Notes: generated by a model from the sequence alone, not told the origin. A stretch of DNA of 64,000 nt from Octopus bimaculoides (GCF_001194135.2 NC_068988.1:84442744-84506743), one strand, 5' to 3'. Shown: positions 11,602 to 25,448, numbered from the stretch's first letter. Numbers and translations are program-made.

Positions 11602-14329
11602 ACGTGCCTATACATACAAAATTCATATCAGTAATATGTGTAGTATATAGCATTTTCCTTTATTCTTTATTATATTTGTGGCAAAGATTAAGAATGGTGT
11701 CCATAGCCTGCGATGAAGCTATGAACAGAATATTGAATGAACTCCAGTTTCGTTTCGTAAGCCTCTATAAATTGTCATGATTTGAAAATTGATGTAGATA
11801 TGTATGTTTTGTCTCTCTTCATCTCTCTTTGTCTCTCTATATATTGGTATATAATATGTATTTATGTACATGTATGTTCATGTGTGTGTGTGTGTGTGTA
11901 TTTGTGTGTCCGTTCGATGTTCTTTCCATGTAAAATACGCGTAATCATGTACAAGGAATGCATTATTTAATTCCTTAAATTTTATGCTGATGACATCTGC
12001 TGTGAGTGCGTGTGATAGTGTGTATATATGTAAGTATATACATGTACATACGTTCATATGTATATATACACACATCTCTATGTGTGTATGTATGTATGTA
12101 TGTAATGATGTAGGTATATCTATATGGTGTGTGTGTGTGNNNNNNNNNNNNNNNNNNNNNNNNNNNNNNNNNNNNNNNNNNNNNNNNNNNNNNNNNNNNN
12201 NNNNNNNNNNNNNNNNNNNNNNNNNNNNNNNNNNNNNNNATATATATATATGTGTATATAAATATGTATATATATATATGAGGGTGAACAAACTGAAACA
12301 TTGAAGTGACTTAACTTTTTCTTTGTAAAACTTGATATGTACTCTACTAAAATGTAGTGAGTAATGCTTTAATTCAATATAAAATTATTTTTAAATTTAT
12401 AACTTAACATAAGAACAGACATTAACATATCTATATATGTATATTATGTATATGTGTGTATAAATGTGTGAGTAGGTATTTGCATGTATACGAATGTATA
12501 AGCACCAGTGTACATATACATTCACATATATATATGCATGTATGTGTATATGTGTGTGTATTGGTTATGTATGTATATATTAGGCATGTATGTAAAAATA
12601 GTGAATTAGCAGAACTGAGTGATTGATTGAATGCATCGTTATATTTCTTCCAACTCAATGCATTCTGACGTTAAATCCTGCAGAAGTCCACTTAATCTTT
12701 TTTCCTTTGGGGTTGATAAAAGGAATTGCTAACCCAGAGCAGTGGATTGGTGAAACAATTAGTCAGGAATTATCTCCTACTCTCTAGCTGTCTCCTGTAG
12801 CTCTTTCAGTTCTTTACATTTTGACAGCAATTGCCTGTGACGATACTGGTTCCGAACTGTATTGGCCCTTGCCTTGCTTTTTCTTTTGTATAACATTAGC
12901 AATGTGGTGAGGCGAGGGGATATGCATGTATAGACAACTGCTAGTTTCTACAAAGTAACCCTAGCCTAGGCCTGCATACAGGTGCAGATAGCCAGTCCTG
13001 ACAGACAGGTCTTGCATGCATATGCGTGTGCTTATAAGCATGCATATAATTTTTTCTATTATTTCTGTTGAAATTGGCTCAACCACTGTAGACTACTTTC
13101 AAATATAGTACTCAGTACATAATACAAGTTTAGAGTTTTGTATTTTAAAATTAACAGGTTATCATTTCAACCTTAGGTCATTACCATGATACTTAACTAT
13201 GATTTAAGATTGAAACAATGACCATTGTGCCAGTTTTTAAATAAAAAAAAAAATTGTGTGTGTGTGTGTGTGTTTATGTGTAATCACACATACACTATTT
13301 CTTTTTGTATATGTCTAAGTCTTATATCAGGCAGGAGTCAATATAGGATATTTGCTATGTTGATAGTACCTATTAATGTAGACATATATACACAACTGTC
13401 ATTCTGTTCCCAGAAAAGTACAGATTCTTTTCTGTAGTAACAAGTTGATTCCATCAGATTATTGCATCATTTGAAATTTTTGGTAATTGACCATCTCTTG
13501 AAGTGAACATAATTTTAGTTGATGAAGAATTTGTCTTGTATGTTATTTAGTATATCTTTTTTTCTGAATGTTATCCAAATTCATGCCACAAGCCTGTCTT
13601 AGCTCACTTTTTGTTTTAATTATGCAAATTACCCAATCTTGTGGATGTTCTCTGTTCTTTTTGTAGATGTCTAAGTCTTATCTCTGGTTGGAGTCAAGTT
13701 TGGACAATAGTTGTACTGATAATGCCTCTTGGGACAGAAACGTGTGTTCACAGCTGTCCTCTTCTCTCTAGAAAAAAAACATGACTTTTCTTTAGTAGCA
13801 TGTTAATTCGAAAAAATTTGCTTGAGATTATTTCCTCTTTTCAGATTTAACTGCAGTTGCTGCTAGGTGCTTGTTTACTTCCTCTCAAAGTGAAGATAAT
13901 TTCAATAAATCACAAATTTATCTTGTATGGTCCTTAGTATATCTTTGTTGTCAAAATTCNNNNNNNNNNNNNNNNNNNNNNNNNNNNNNNNNNNNNNNNN
14001 NNNNNNNNNNNNNNNNNNNNNNNNNNNNNNNNNNNNNNNNNNNNNNNNNNNNNNNNNNNNNNNNNNNNNNNNNNNNNNNNNNNNNNNNNNNNNNNNNNNN
14101 NNNNNNNNNNNNNNNNNNNNNNNNNNNNNNNNNNNNNNNNNNNNNNNNNNNNNNNNNNNNNNNNNNNNNNNNNNNNNNNNNNNNNNNNNNNNNNNNNNNN
14201 NNNNNNNNNNNNNNNNNNNNNNNNNNNNNNNNNNNNNNNNNNNNNNNNNNNNNNNNNNNNNNNNNNNNNNNNNNNNNNNNNNNNNNNNNNNNNNNNNNNN
14301 NNNNNNNNNNNNNNNNNNNNNNNNNNNNN

Positions 14330-14956
14330 ATGATTTGACTGAGGACTGGTGAACCAGATGGCTACACTAGGCTCCAATCTGATTTGGCAGAGTTTCTACA
14401 GTTGGATGCCCTTCCTAACGCCAACCACTCCGAGAGTGTAGTGGGTGCTTCTACGTGCCACCGGCATGAAGGCCAGTCAGGTGGTACTGGCAACAGCCAT
14501 GCTCAAATGGTGTATTTTACGTGCCACCTGCACAGGAGCCAGTCCAGCGGCACTGGCAACGATCTCGCTCGAATGACTTTTCATGTGCCACTGGCACAGG
14601 TGCCAAGAACGCAATGCTGCGGCACAAGTGCCAGGAAGGCGACGCTGGTAACAATTACGCTTGAACGGTGGTGCCATCACGATTTCGCTTTCGCTTGCTC
14701 CAACAGGTCTTTGTAAGCAGAGTTTAGTGTCCAATGAAGGAGACATTGGTATGGGGGCCAGTCATCGAATTTAGTTTGAATTCGATTTCATTTGCCTCAA
14801 CAGGTCTTCGCAAGCGGAATTTAGTGTCCAATGAAGGAAAGGTACGCATAAGTGGGCTGGCTACATCCCTGGCAGAGGCCTTGGATTTTGGTCTCACTTG
14901 GCTTGCCTGGTCTTCTCACGCACAGCATATTTCCAAAGGTCTCGGTCAGGAGAAGT
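14330..14956 (-). mobile_element. 5'-truncated RTE LINE: ORF C-terminus plus 3' UTR
   Basis: Minus strand 14956-14894 translates as TSPDRDLWKYAVREKTRQAK*, an RTE-like C-terminal DRxxW motif. It is followed by the same 3' UTR as at 2377-2793 and 58692-59158. The tail end is lost in the N-gap. Confidence 0.8.
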
Positions 14957-17063
14957 AACTCAGAGTGGCTAGTGGCCTGTATTTGAACAACAAAGATATG
15001 GGTAATTAAATACTATACAGGACAGATTTTTGATTTATTGAAATTATTTCCATTTCCAGGGATTCTAGAATAATTTCTTGGTGGCAATTAAGCTCGATTC
15101 CAAACGAGAAGAGATAATATCAAGAATCAAGAAATCTCCAAAATTGACATACCAGTAAAGAAAAGACTGTCTGATTGTCTGGAGACAACAGGAAAGCTGC
15201 ACTTATGTGTTTCTGCCTCAGTAGGCATCATCAATACAGTAATTGTTCTGCCTGATCTCTAGCAGAAGTGACTCTTAAATATATTCACTAGATCACATTT
15301 ATGGCCTAGCTAATTTGAATAAACGAAACAAAAGTGGGCCAAATGATCCAGAGTGGTTGGAGGCCTGTATTTGAACAACAGAGACAAATAAATATATATT
15401 AATTTTGTAGCCAACTTTGACTTTGATCCTTTAGGGATTGATAAAAAATGTACCATTGTTTTTGAATATAGAAATGAAGAAATTTCCTTAAAAAAATGTG
15501 CATGTAATTCTTATTGCATAGCTTTTGAAAATATATCAGTTTTGTCTGTAAGTCAGTTCTAATTTATTTATTGGATAATTTGATATTATATTTATCAGGA
15601 GTCTAACCTTTAAGAATTATAATTATGGAAGTTGCTTGTAGTCCAAATTAAAACTGGAGACCTGGTCTGAATTCTTTGAATAAAGTGAACTGACAATTAC
15701 AAATACCACAAGGTACCTTTGTCTGACTCAATTCTATCACAAGGTCTCTGAAACTAGTGGAAGGAAGACTGGAAGACATTGTCAACTAGGAGACCTTGCT
15801 TGAATGTGTGCAATGGAGTGAACTCTGTTAAAGGTACTGAGGACCTCTAATAATCCTCTTTCTCCACTATCCTGATCTGGGACTTATTAAATCTTTCATT
15901 GATTAATATGCAACTAATTGGCCAGTGTAAAATCAACATGGCATTCAAAATTGGAATATTAGATATCTCAGTAACTATTTTATGGGATAAGGTACTGCAG
16001 ATATTACCCTCAACAAGATTTGAACTCAGATAGCCAGAAAGAATACAAAGAATACTCTGAGGCATCCTATAGGTCACTAATAGCTTTACTGATGTCTGTC
16101 TGTCTGTCTCCTTCCTTCCCTCCCCCCTAACTGAGATCCAAGGTTCCTCCATTGGAATTTCAACATCAGGGTGTTTATGTATGTATGTGCAAATTTGTAT
16201 GTATATATTTAAATGATAAACTTCTGGAAAGTTTGACAGATTTTTATAGTTCCTGTAGTCTTCTAATTAGCTTTCTGGTTTTGAGAAGCCTAATTTCTCA
16301 AGATTGGTATTTTGGCAGTGTGTTGTATATCCCAGGGCCCCAATAATTACAAGTATAAACTTGAACTTGTAATCTGGAAAGAGTAACTGCAGATGTCTCA
16401 ATAGTTCAGCTTTATGTTAACATCCACTGGGCAGCTAATTTCCACAACTGTGCGCAGTTTCTCTTCTCTATCCCATGTATGTCTGTCTGTCTGTAGACAG
16501 ACTGTTGAAATTTATTGTTCTAGACAAACATACAGAACTTAAGGAAATCTAAAGAGATAACACAGGAACTGATTTACATTTTCAATAGTACATGTTTGAA
16601 AGGAAAGCTTTTTCTCTTATGGTTGGTGTTAAGAAGGGATTCCAGTATGGAGACTATGCTAAAAATAAAGCATGAGCAATTGACTCAGAATAAGAACTGA
16701 TTTTGATTGTGACATTCTTTAACCCATGCTAGCATGGAAAGCAAACATAGAATGATGAATCCAGGTTAGTGGATTGATTGGATTGTTAGTGTTGCATGAA
16801 ATGTTTTGAGTCATTAGCACTGTTCCTGTGAGAGCTCTGATGCTTTACCCTTGGTGGTGTGGAGAATGGAGACTTGTTGCTTGTGCAGCTGCTAGTGTTC
16901 TGTATAAAAGAATACTTTGATCTGATCTGACCTGTGCACTGGAGAAAAACTTTCCAGCTACATATGCACAGTTACCCCTAAATGATGCAAGCCTTGGAAT
17001 GCATCCATCTATACACACATACTTGTATATGCACACATACATGTGTGTGAGTATATATATATA

Positions 17064-17926
17064 TCAGGTCATTAAAAATGGAGTGTCTGATTTTGATCTG
17101 AAAGTTTATTTTACTTTATCTCAACAAAAAGCAGTTAATCAAAGTATGCACCTAAATTATCAACACAATTTTGCCATTTTATCAGTAGCTTATTTATGCC
17201 GGTGATGAAACTACGAAAGGCTGTTTTTGCATCTTCTTCAGATTTGAAATTTTTTCCTTAACAAAAAAAATTGTCTAATGCCTGGAAAACATGATAGTCA
17301 GTTGGTGCAAGGTCTGGTGAATATGGTGGATGACAGAGTACTTTCAAGTTCAGTTCCTGTAACTTGAGTAGCGTTCTTTGTGCAACATGTGGCTGAGCAT
17401 TGTCTTGCAAGAATTGGCCTATCTCTATTGACCAGTCTTGGTTGTTTAATTGCAAGTTCATTCATTTCATCCAACTGGTTGATGTACACATCCGCTGTAA
17501 TTGACTTTCCAGGTCTCATGAAGCTGTAATGGATGACACCATTAGCTATTTTTTTTTTGAGAATATTCTTTTTTGGATTGTGTTTTGGCACTTTGTCTCT
17601 ATCCAACCACTGTGCAGAGCACTTAGTATTGTTGAAAAGAATCCATTTTTCATCACGTATGTTATGCAAATGCAAAAATGGTTCACTTTTATGCTGTGAC
17701 AGCAAAGAAAAGCAAGTTCCAAGACAATTTTTGAACTATCTATAGGTTCACAAAAATTGATTTACAAGAGAAAAAAAATATATAATCAGACACCATGCAT
17801 TCCGAAAAGTGATAATGTAACTCTTCAATGTTGTAAAACAAAGAATTGTCAGAATAAAACATTAGAGTTAATGACTGTCAAACTTGGTGCATAAGAAAAT
17901 CGGACATTTCATTCTTAATGACCTGA
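17064..17926 (-). mobile_element. Internally deleted mariner (DD34D, Hsmar1/cecropia-like) with both TIRs
   Basis: The TIRs TCAGGTCATTAAAAATGGAGTGTCTGATTTT (17064) and the reverse complement TCAGGTCATTAAGAATGAAATGTCCGATTTT (ending 17926) are flanked by TA. Frameshifted transposase motifs include DEKW, AQWLD, GVIHYSF, QDNAQPH and HPPYSPDLAPTDY, with 34 residues counted between the 2nd and 3rd D. Confidence 0.92.
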
Positions 17927-17989
17927 TATAGATATATATGTATCTATACATACACACATATATGTATCAGTTACACCACTGCCACTACC

Positions 17990-18430
17990 ATCAGCTTAAT
18001 GTCTCATGCTTACTTATGTCAGAAGACGTGGCACCCACCAAGTAGAAATGTTCATCAGGCGAAGTTCACTGTGCAGAATAGAATACGCCCATCTCTCTCA
18101 TGGCATATGCTAATGGATTTGGTCATTTGCTTTATAGTCAATCACCTGTCATCCACCACCATGTGGTGAATATGACCAATGTTTTCCTTGGTGGTGGCAG
18201 TTGCACGATGTTCAAACCTTGGGTCATCTTCAAGACTCTCTGTTCCCCTCTGAAATTCAGCTGCCCACTTTTGCACTGTAGATAAAGCTGGAGCATCATC
18301 CTCTAATGTAGCAATTATATCAGCATGAATGTTGTTGGGGGATAAACACTTTTTCTACAGGTACTTGTTAACACCACAATGTGAATTTTGTAACCCTATT
18401 AAACCTACTTTATTTGGACCTTTTCGTAAT
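17990..18430 (-). mobile_element. N-terminal fragment of a second mariner transposase (irritans/Himar-like HTH region)
   Basis: Minus-strand translation gives LSPNNIHADIIATLEDDAPALSTVQKWAAEFQRGTESLEDDPR and the mariner WVPRLLT motif at 18037-18017. Confidence 0.8.
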
Positions 18431-20595
18431 TGAAAATATCTTAACCCTTTTCGCTCCAACAATGTAAAAAAAGCAGCCGCCAATAATGCAGAAATACATG
18501 ACACTATATAAGAAATTAACTCAACAAACATTATTAAGAGAAAAAAAATTTTTTTTGTTCATTTTTAAGAGAAGTCACTAGTAGTTACTTTTGATGTCTT
18601 CTTTGAATTGTTAGATGTCAGAGTACCCAGAAAGAAAGAATGCAATTATTAAGAAGAAGTGTTGAAATTAATGCATGCAAGATTTCACAGCTCTAGCATC
18701 ACTCCTTCATAGTCAGCCTATGAACTTTTCATCTCACCCTTGTATAATAATTAGTAAAAAGTAGCTTGGTTTCTAATCAAGGAGAAACTGACAAAATATC
18801 TTCTACAATTCAGCTAAATTTTGAAATCTAGTAATCTGGATCACATGTTAACTTTGCAAAAGTTAGCCATTGGCAGCTTATAACTTGAAAGAAGTTTCCA
18901 TTACAGGAAGTCATGTTATTTAGGTAGGTCTCTGCTCTCTTTAAATACCAAAAATACCAAAGTCAAATACTAGTCTGAAAAAGTAAAGGGTGTACCACAA
19001 AGTAACATTTTATATCCCCATTTGTTTCCCATCATATATAGAATAATGTTATAATTGATCAGTCTGCAGCAAGAGGAGTAGAACTAAAGTAATATACAAA
19101 TTCTAGGTGAATTAAATTATTTATACCTCAGATGACAGAAAGTTAGGCAAATAACCACAACACATTCTTTTATACTTTAAAATGCCATACCTTCTGTTAC
19201 GCACACATCCCACACCACCTTCTTCAAAGTTTTGTTTTGCTCTGAGAGAGAAAAACAATTCAAAACAATCAAATGTGTTTGTGACAAACTGTCAACTACT
19301 AGCTGAAATCTTAGGATAATAAGAACTTTCATTATAAAAAAAAAAGAACTTTCTGAAATAAGTTACAGTAGACTGCTGCTCTTAACTTTGGTTTCCTAAC
19401 AGGAGAGGCTTTATCTATCGGCTGGAGAAATTTTCATTTTTCGTGAAACAGATAACTCAAGTCGGAGACCTGAACAACAGTGAATGAACTCTCATCAAGT
19501 CTCTAACTTTCTGGAATGCCAATGGAGATGTTGTCTTTATATATAGAAACTGCTTCAGTCTTATTCTAAAGTTTGGCATAACATGAAACGTAGAGCCAGA
19601 GAAGTAGAAGGCAAATCAAGTATCTTGCTTCAAACATCTTATACTACAAAATGACATTTTAAGAGCCACAATAACCTTATTATCTGCTAAAAATTCAGGT
19701 AGAACATCACCTAAGTTCCCCTGAGAATATTGAAATGATATTTAGATGTACTACTTCCTTGAGTTCCAGTTGAGCTATTTGTAAAGAGTTACATCTAGAG
19801 ATGAGCTGATTAGGGAGCCTCTAACTTGCCTTATTGCAAATAACAGCCAATTTTCTCTCAATTCTCTTATTTTTAAGAAAATAGGAGCACGCATTAGACA
19901 ATATTCCTAGATATCACCTCAAAATTCCTTGGCTGGAAAGTTTTGATAAGTCTTGATCAGAGCTGACCTGGGTTAAACAACAACAACAACATATAAGGAC
20001 AGGCTTATAGGAGAGTCTCTATGTGACTGCTCAGCCTACTAGAGATAGTTGTCATGTTGGAATGCTTTTCACCATAAGTCTGCTTGATCATGGCAGACCT
20101 TGGATTAAACAACAACCAGAAGTAAGTTCCATTAGTTTGCTGATCCATGAAGTAATGACACTCAACATTAATCTTGAATCCTAGGATATGCAGCAGAGGT
20201 AACACACCTGTTGCATATCCTAGGGTGATAGGCACCTGCTGCATATCACCCTAGGATATCCATAGAACATTCATTACTAAAGATAGTGCTTTAGCATGAC
20301 CTTTGCAGTGGTGGTGAAAGTGAAGTAAAAAAATCTGGAGTCAAATTACAATATTTATGTGAATGTGTGTGTGTATATATATTCTCTCATTGAATTTTGC
20401 CTTTGGACTGAGGCCATACTTAATATATCTTTAAGGATATACTTGACTTGTGTTTCTTAGCTGCAGAAGGATGAAAAACAGAGTTAATTTGCATGATATT
20501 TGTTTGAACTGAGAAGGCAAAGAGTTCTATCCAAGTATCATAAGATATGTTGTCATAAGCTTTATTGATTCTGGTGTCAGTACCATATACTTAGA

Positions 20596-20680
<85 letters not shown>

Positions 20681-21339
20681 TATAATGCACACACTTAAAG
20701 CCTTGTGAGTAGATTTGGTAGACAGAAACTGAAAGAAATGTGTGTGTATATAAATATGTATATATATGTATGTGAGTGTGTCTTGACATTGTGTGAAAGC
20801 TGTAAAAGAGTATCACTGTCTTACAAGTAGTGTCATTCATTTCCAATATTGTGCAAAAATATGTCAGCCCTTGCTTGGAAACTGGAAAGAATTGGCAACA
20901 GAAAGAGGATCTGGCCACAGAAAATCAAGTGCAATAAACTTTGTTTAACCCATACAAGAACGGAAAAGTGGCTGTTAAGACAATGATGATGACAATGATT
21001 TTATGTCCATTCTACAATGCTGGTGTGGGTTGGATATGGTTTCACAACTTTGTGTCACCTCTTATTATCTGGTACATGCAGCAACAGAGAAAAACTAAAC
21101 CTGTTATTATGTCATATTTTTACAATTTTTTAGGCATAAGATGCTATTCTTATCACCAACCACTTTAAAGTATAGACTGGGTGCATTTTATTGTTCCGCT
21201 GGCTTCATTAGAAGTTGTTTCTGGTGACAAAAAAAAAGTCCTCTTTTCCTTCTGTTTTGTTTGGTGTCCTTTTCTTGTTTTGTTTTAGTTGTTGGTTGCC
21301 TGGATGTAGCTTCTGTGTGTGTGTATTATTATCAGGACA

Positions 21340-21545
21340 GCTAGCTGGCAGAACCATTAGTGCACCAGGTGAAATGCTTAGCGATATTTCATCTGTCACT
21401 ATGCTTTGCGTTCAAATTCTGCTGAGGTCAACTTGGCCTTTCATCCTTTTGGGGTTGATGAAATTAGTACCAGTTGAACACTGGAGTCAATGTAATCGAT
21501 TTATCCCATCTCCCGAAATTGTTGGCCTTGTGCCAAAATTTGAAA
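21340..21545 (+). mobile_element. tRNA-derived SINE family A copy (CpG-decayed)
   Basis: CTGGCAGAACC...GTTCAAATTCTGCTGAGGTCAACTTGGCCTTTCATCCTTTTGGGGTTGATGAAA...GGCCTTGTGCC aligns by eye with 5907-6110. Confidence 0.8.
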
Positions 21546-23348
21546 TCATTATTATTACTGTTAGCACTATTATATTACCAAAGACTGAGTCATTTGATTA
21601 ATTTGTGGCATATTCTTATCAATAATGTCTATTCTCAGTTTCTGTGTCTTCATGTTCCTCTAAGGTTTAAGCAGGTTGCATACCTATAGGCATAAATCTA
21701 CAGAAAAATTCTTTAGAAAAAGCTGTAATGGAGTCTCATAGAATGAATTTTCTCCTTAGAACTGCATGTGAAACTTGTGAATAGTCTGCAAAATTAACTG
21801 CAAAGATTTTAATGTAGATGATATTTGACTTTGTAAAGAAGAAAATGCAAAAGGTCCACTAGTATGTCTCAAACCATGTTTACATATCACTTGAACTGAT
21901 TTGAGTCCTGTTCGTGGGCATTTTGCCCTTTTATCTCTATAATTGGTGTTTATAATGTTATATCATTACTGTATTTGCTTAACTATAAACATGTTTTATA
22001 CAGTGGAGAATGGTGTTGTAAAAATTAGGGCACAGTTCAAATGGAATGTAAATGTCAACAAAAGATTCTAAGAGTTTGCAAAACATGATGCTTCATTTCA
22101 GTTTTATGTTAAATAGATGAGATAAATCTTCTCCTGGACAGGGTAATGCAAGGTATGCTGATGTGCAAAACATAAAATGCTCCAGTTAAATACATAGTGA
22201 TGTAATTGTTAGCGTGTTTCGGTTTGAAGATGTAATCTCCTAAAATCAGTATAGCCAACCATTGATGGATGTATGCAATTAGAAGACAAGCAAGGGACTT
22301 ATAATAATTTCAAAATCAAAATACTTAAATTGTTAATATATTACTAAGTTACTAATATATGACTAAGTTACTAGTTCAGCCTTTTATTCAGACAGGTTTG
22401 TCATGGCTAGAATGTCTTTTATTCAACTCAGTCGAAACCCATAGTAGAATACTCTCACATGTGAGATGGTAGTCTTACAAACCCAGACATTTTAGATCAT
22501 GTTCAGAGACAAGCCACTCAATTGATTAATATGAAGTTATTCACAAACTCACTCTGACTATTGGCTCATGAGTGTGTTGTCTCTTGTTTCTGCCTTTTTA
22601 ATTGCTTTTTCAATGGTCTTAGCTCTTTGGAACTGAATGGTCTTGTCCCATCTCCAATCAAGTACTTTTGACTTACTTGTCTCTCATCCTCATTTCCCAT
22701 ATTGTTTCCAATCCCCAAACTCTGAACCAACCTCTATGCCCAGTCCTCCCCAAAACATAGCCCTCTGGAATTGTCATATGTCTTTCCTGCAGTCATTAAT
22801 TTGCAACTGTGAATGGAATCAGTTTCACCCGTCTGAGATGACCTGCAAAGGCTATGAGTATAACATTTTCTGCCAAACCAAATTAATTAACAAATTGATA
22901 AAATACATTATCAAACGTTTTCTTTTCAAAAAATAGTAATATATGATTTGTGGGAAATTTGACTGCTATTTATATTGAGTGACCTTGTAAAAATCTCACT
23001 TTGTAATTTGACTAAAATGTCAATTAATTAAGAGTGCAGTTTATCTCGGTACACAAATTGTGAAGAGATAATACTTTAATGTTGTGTATTCAGTGCAAAA
23101 ACTGTTATACAAATAGTGCATTTAGAATCAAGACAGTATATGTACAGGAGTTACAGCACGAGCAGCCATGAACTGAATGCTATAAATTGCTGAAGTTCAT
23201 GCCAAGAACTGAATAATTTTCATGTCTAAGCTTTGTAATGTTGAAAATATGGCCAGTGAATTAGGGATCAACTTTGTTTGAAGAATGACTTGAGCAGGAT
23301 ATATTGGCTGTATTCTGCTCAAAGAGAATGGCTAGACCAGAGTTTAGG

Positions 23349-23438
23349 GAGTATCAGAGAAAGAGAATTGACTACAATGGGTATCAAAGAAAGAGAAGTT
23401 ACTATAATGAATATCAGAGAAAGGAAGGTGACTATAGT
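23349..23438. repeat. Three diverged 30-bp tandem repeats
   Basis: GAGTATCAGAGAAAGAGAATTGACTACAAT / GGGTATCAAAGAAAGAGAAGTTACTATAAT / GAATATCAGAGAAAGGAAGGTGACTATAGT. Confidence 0.85.
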
Positions 23439-25448
23439 GGTATATGATACTTTAAACTGTATGAAAAAGTGCCATCAGTGGTTAGGTCAAATTTGAGAAC
23501 ATCTGACTATGCAGACAATGAGCTGAAACATACACACCAATTTAGGGTTTGGTTATAGAAATGTTGTATTGCAAACCTGTGCAGACTGTTTTGTTTTTTA
23601 CTATGGAAAAGTGAACTTTAAAAATAATTTAGATGATTGTGATAATAGTAATAATGACGATGGTAATGTTAAATATGTTTAAGAAAAAATGAATAATTAG
23701 CCAATGATGGTGATGAGCATAGGTTTGAACTGGCCATGCTCCAAGCTATTTCTAACTTAATGGAGTCTTCTCATTACTGTGTCTTATAGTTCAATATATT
23801 GTATTGTTGGCACTTGCATACTAATTGAAAGCTCTCAGATAAATTCAGTCATATGGGATTAGGATAGTTTTTTTTAATATTTATTTAGCCTAAGGAGGGC
23901 TGGCAAACTTTAGGTCCTCCTTACCTGGTGAGATTCTTGTTAATAATGCTCAACTTGAGTTTTTGCTATTAAATTCCACATCGGCCATGATCCAGTAAAC
24001 CTGTAATTATACAGTTCACCCATAGCTATAAAATATTTTTTTCAATCTTCGTGGGTCTAGGATTACATTATCTAATGTACCATTTTTGTAAGATGCTAGA
24101 GTGTGATCTGTGTGAAGAGTTTGGCTGTTATTTCTAACAGCGTCAGAGATTGTATTGATGCACTTGCAGGCTAAAACCACCGACTAGTAAAAATTGTGTG
24201 CTGAGGAGGAGGAGTTCAGGAGGGTTGTAATTCTAAGAAGGAAGCGAGCATGGATAAAGTGTTAGTGTACGTTTTTTGAGTATGGTGTAACTGTACAAAT
24301 ACATAAATACAAGAGTGAGCTTGGACAGTGGTGAGACAATTGGCTATTTCAGACAATCAAGAACAGTTGTAGTAGTGGTAGAAGGGACAAAGCAGGTGAT
24401 GCATTTAAGATATGGGTACCTCTGCATAAAGTATTCAAGGGCTATTTCTAGCCATGATCCCTCCCACTTCCATTGCCCATAAGATTTATTTTTTAAATTT
24501 TTTAACACATTGATAAAAATCAATGTATTTTAGGTATGTTAATGTATCCATTTAGGGCAGGGGCTGACAGCAGATGGGTCACAACCCATAAATGAGCTAC
24601 TGAAGTTTTACTGTGGGCCTTAGACTTTTTCCAAAAAATATTGTCAAATTTAATGTATTTGGGGGTCATTAAGCAGTTGATGGCTTTTAGATAGCTTATT
24701 GTAATATAATTTGTTTAATTTTTGCATGCATAAGCATTATCAGCCATGGAAACTGAAGTACATGAGAATTTTTATATAATTTATAATTTAATGTGTATAG
24801 CATATAATTTAATGTATATATGGGTCATGGGCAAATGTAAAAATTTATAAGTTGACTATTACAAAAGAAATCAAAGTTTAACCTTTTGATTATCACAATA
24901 CTAATAATGATAGATATGTTGGTATTGGTGTAATTATATGTACAGGTTACAGTAGAATAGTGTGTAAACCTTGAATAAAAATTAAACTTCAATTAATAGT
25001 GACTATCTCACAGAATTGCAATCAGTTTAGCAAAATAATAGGAATGCATCTTGCTAACGGTTTGGCCTTTCAGCATTTATACTAATGTTGATGTATTCAA
25101 AATAAGTAGAATAGTGTATCTTGTCTAAGGTTTAACTCATATTCATAACACTAATAATGTTAGATAATTTTGATATATTCATATAAGATAGATTAGGGTG
25201 TCCTGATGTGACACTTCAGTTATAAATTTATAAGTGGGCCATTTAAAAAAAAGTCATTTTAATTATCGTGATGCTAATGATCGGATATATCAGTATTGAT
25301 GTAATTATCTATACAGGTCACAGTAGGATGGTGTATAAAACTTTAATTAAAAATTATAAATGTTGATGGTTTTAATATATTAATGTTATTCATACAGTAA
25401 TGTGTTCACAGTTCAGCACTCTATCATGATATTAATGGCATTAGATAT

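Noticed and set aside
11978-12002. Isolated FYADDI motif
   Set aside because: There is an in-frame stop just upstream and no other RT motifs nearby, so it is probably chance.
13845-13925. Candidate phase-1 exon after TTTCCTCTTTTCAG (DLTAVAARCLFTSSQSEDNF...)
   Set aside because: The acceptor is good, but the donors are weak and the protein is unrecognisable.
344-14377. Long ORFs in the supplied track (YI/HT/CV repeats and X runs)
   Set aside because: They are translations of (TA)n/(CA)n microsatellites or read-through of N-gaps, not proteins.
22117-22152. Candidate 36-nt phase-1/phase-1 exon (DEINLLLDRVMQ) with an AAG|GTATGC donor
   Set aside because: It is compatible with exon 1 phase, but such short matches arise by chance in 55 kb and no homology was recognised. 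RNA-seq is needed.
22640-22800. Possible Tc1 MFWGG motif on the minus strand
   Set aside because: A single short motif with no supporting transposase motifs or TIRs.
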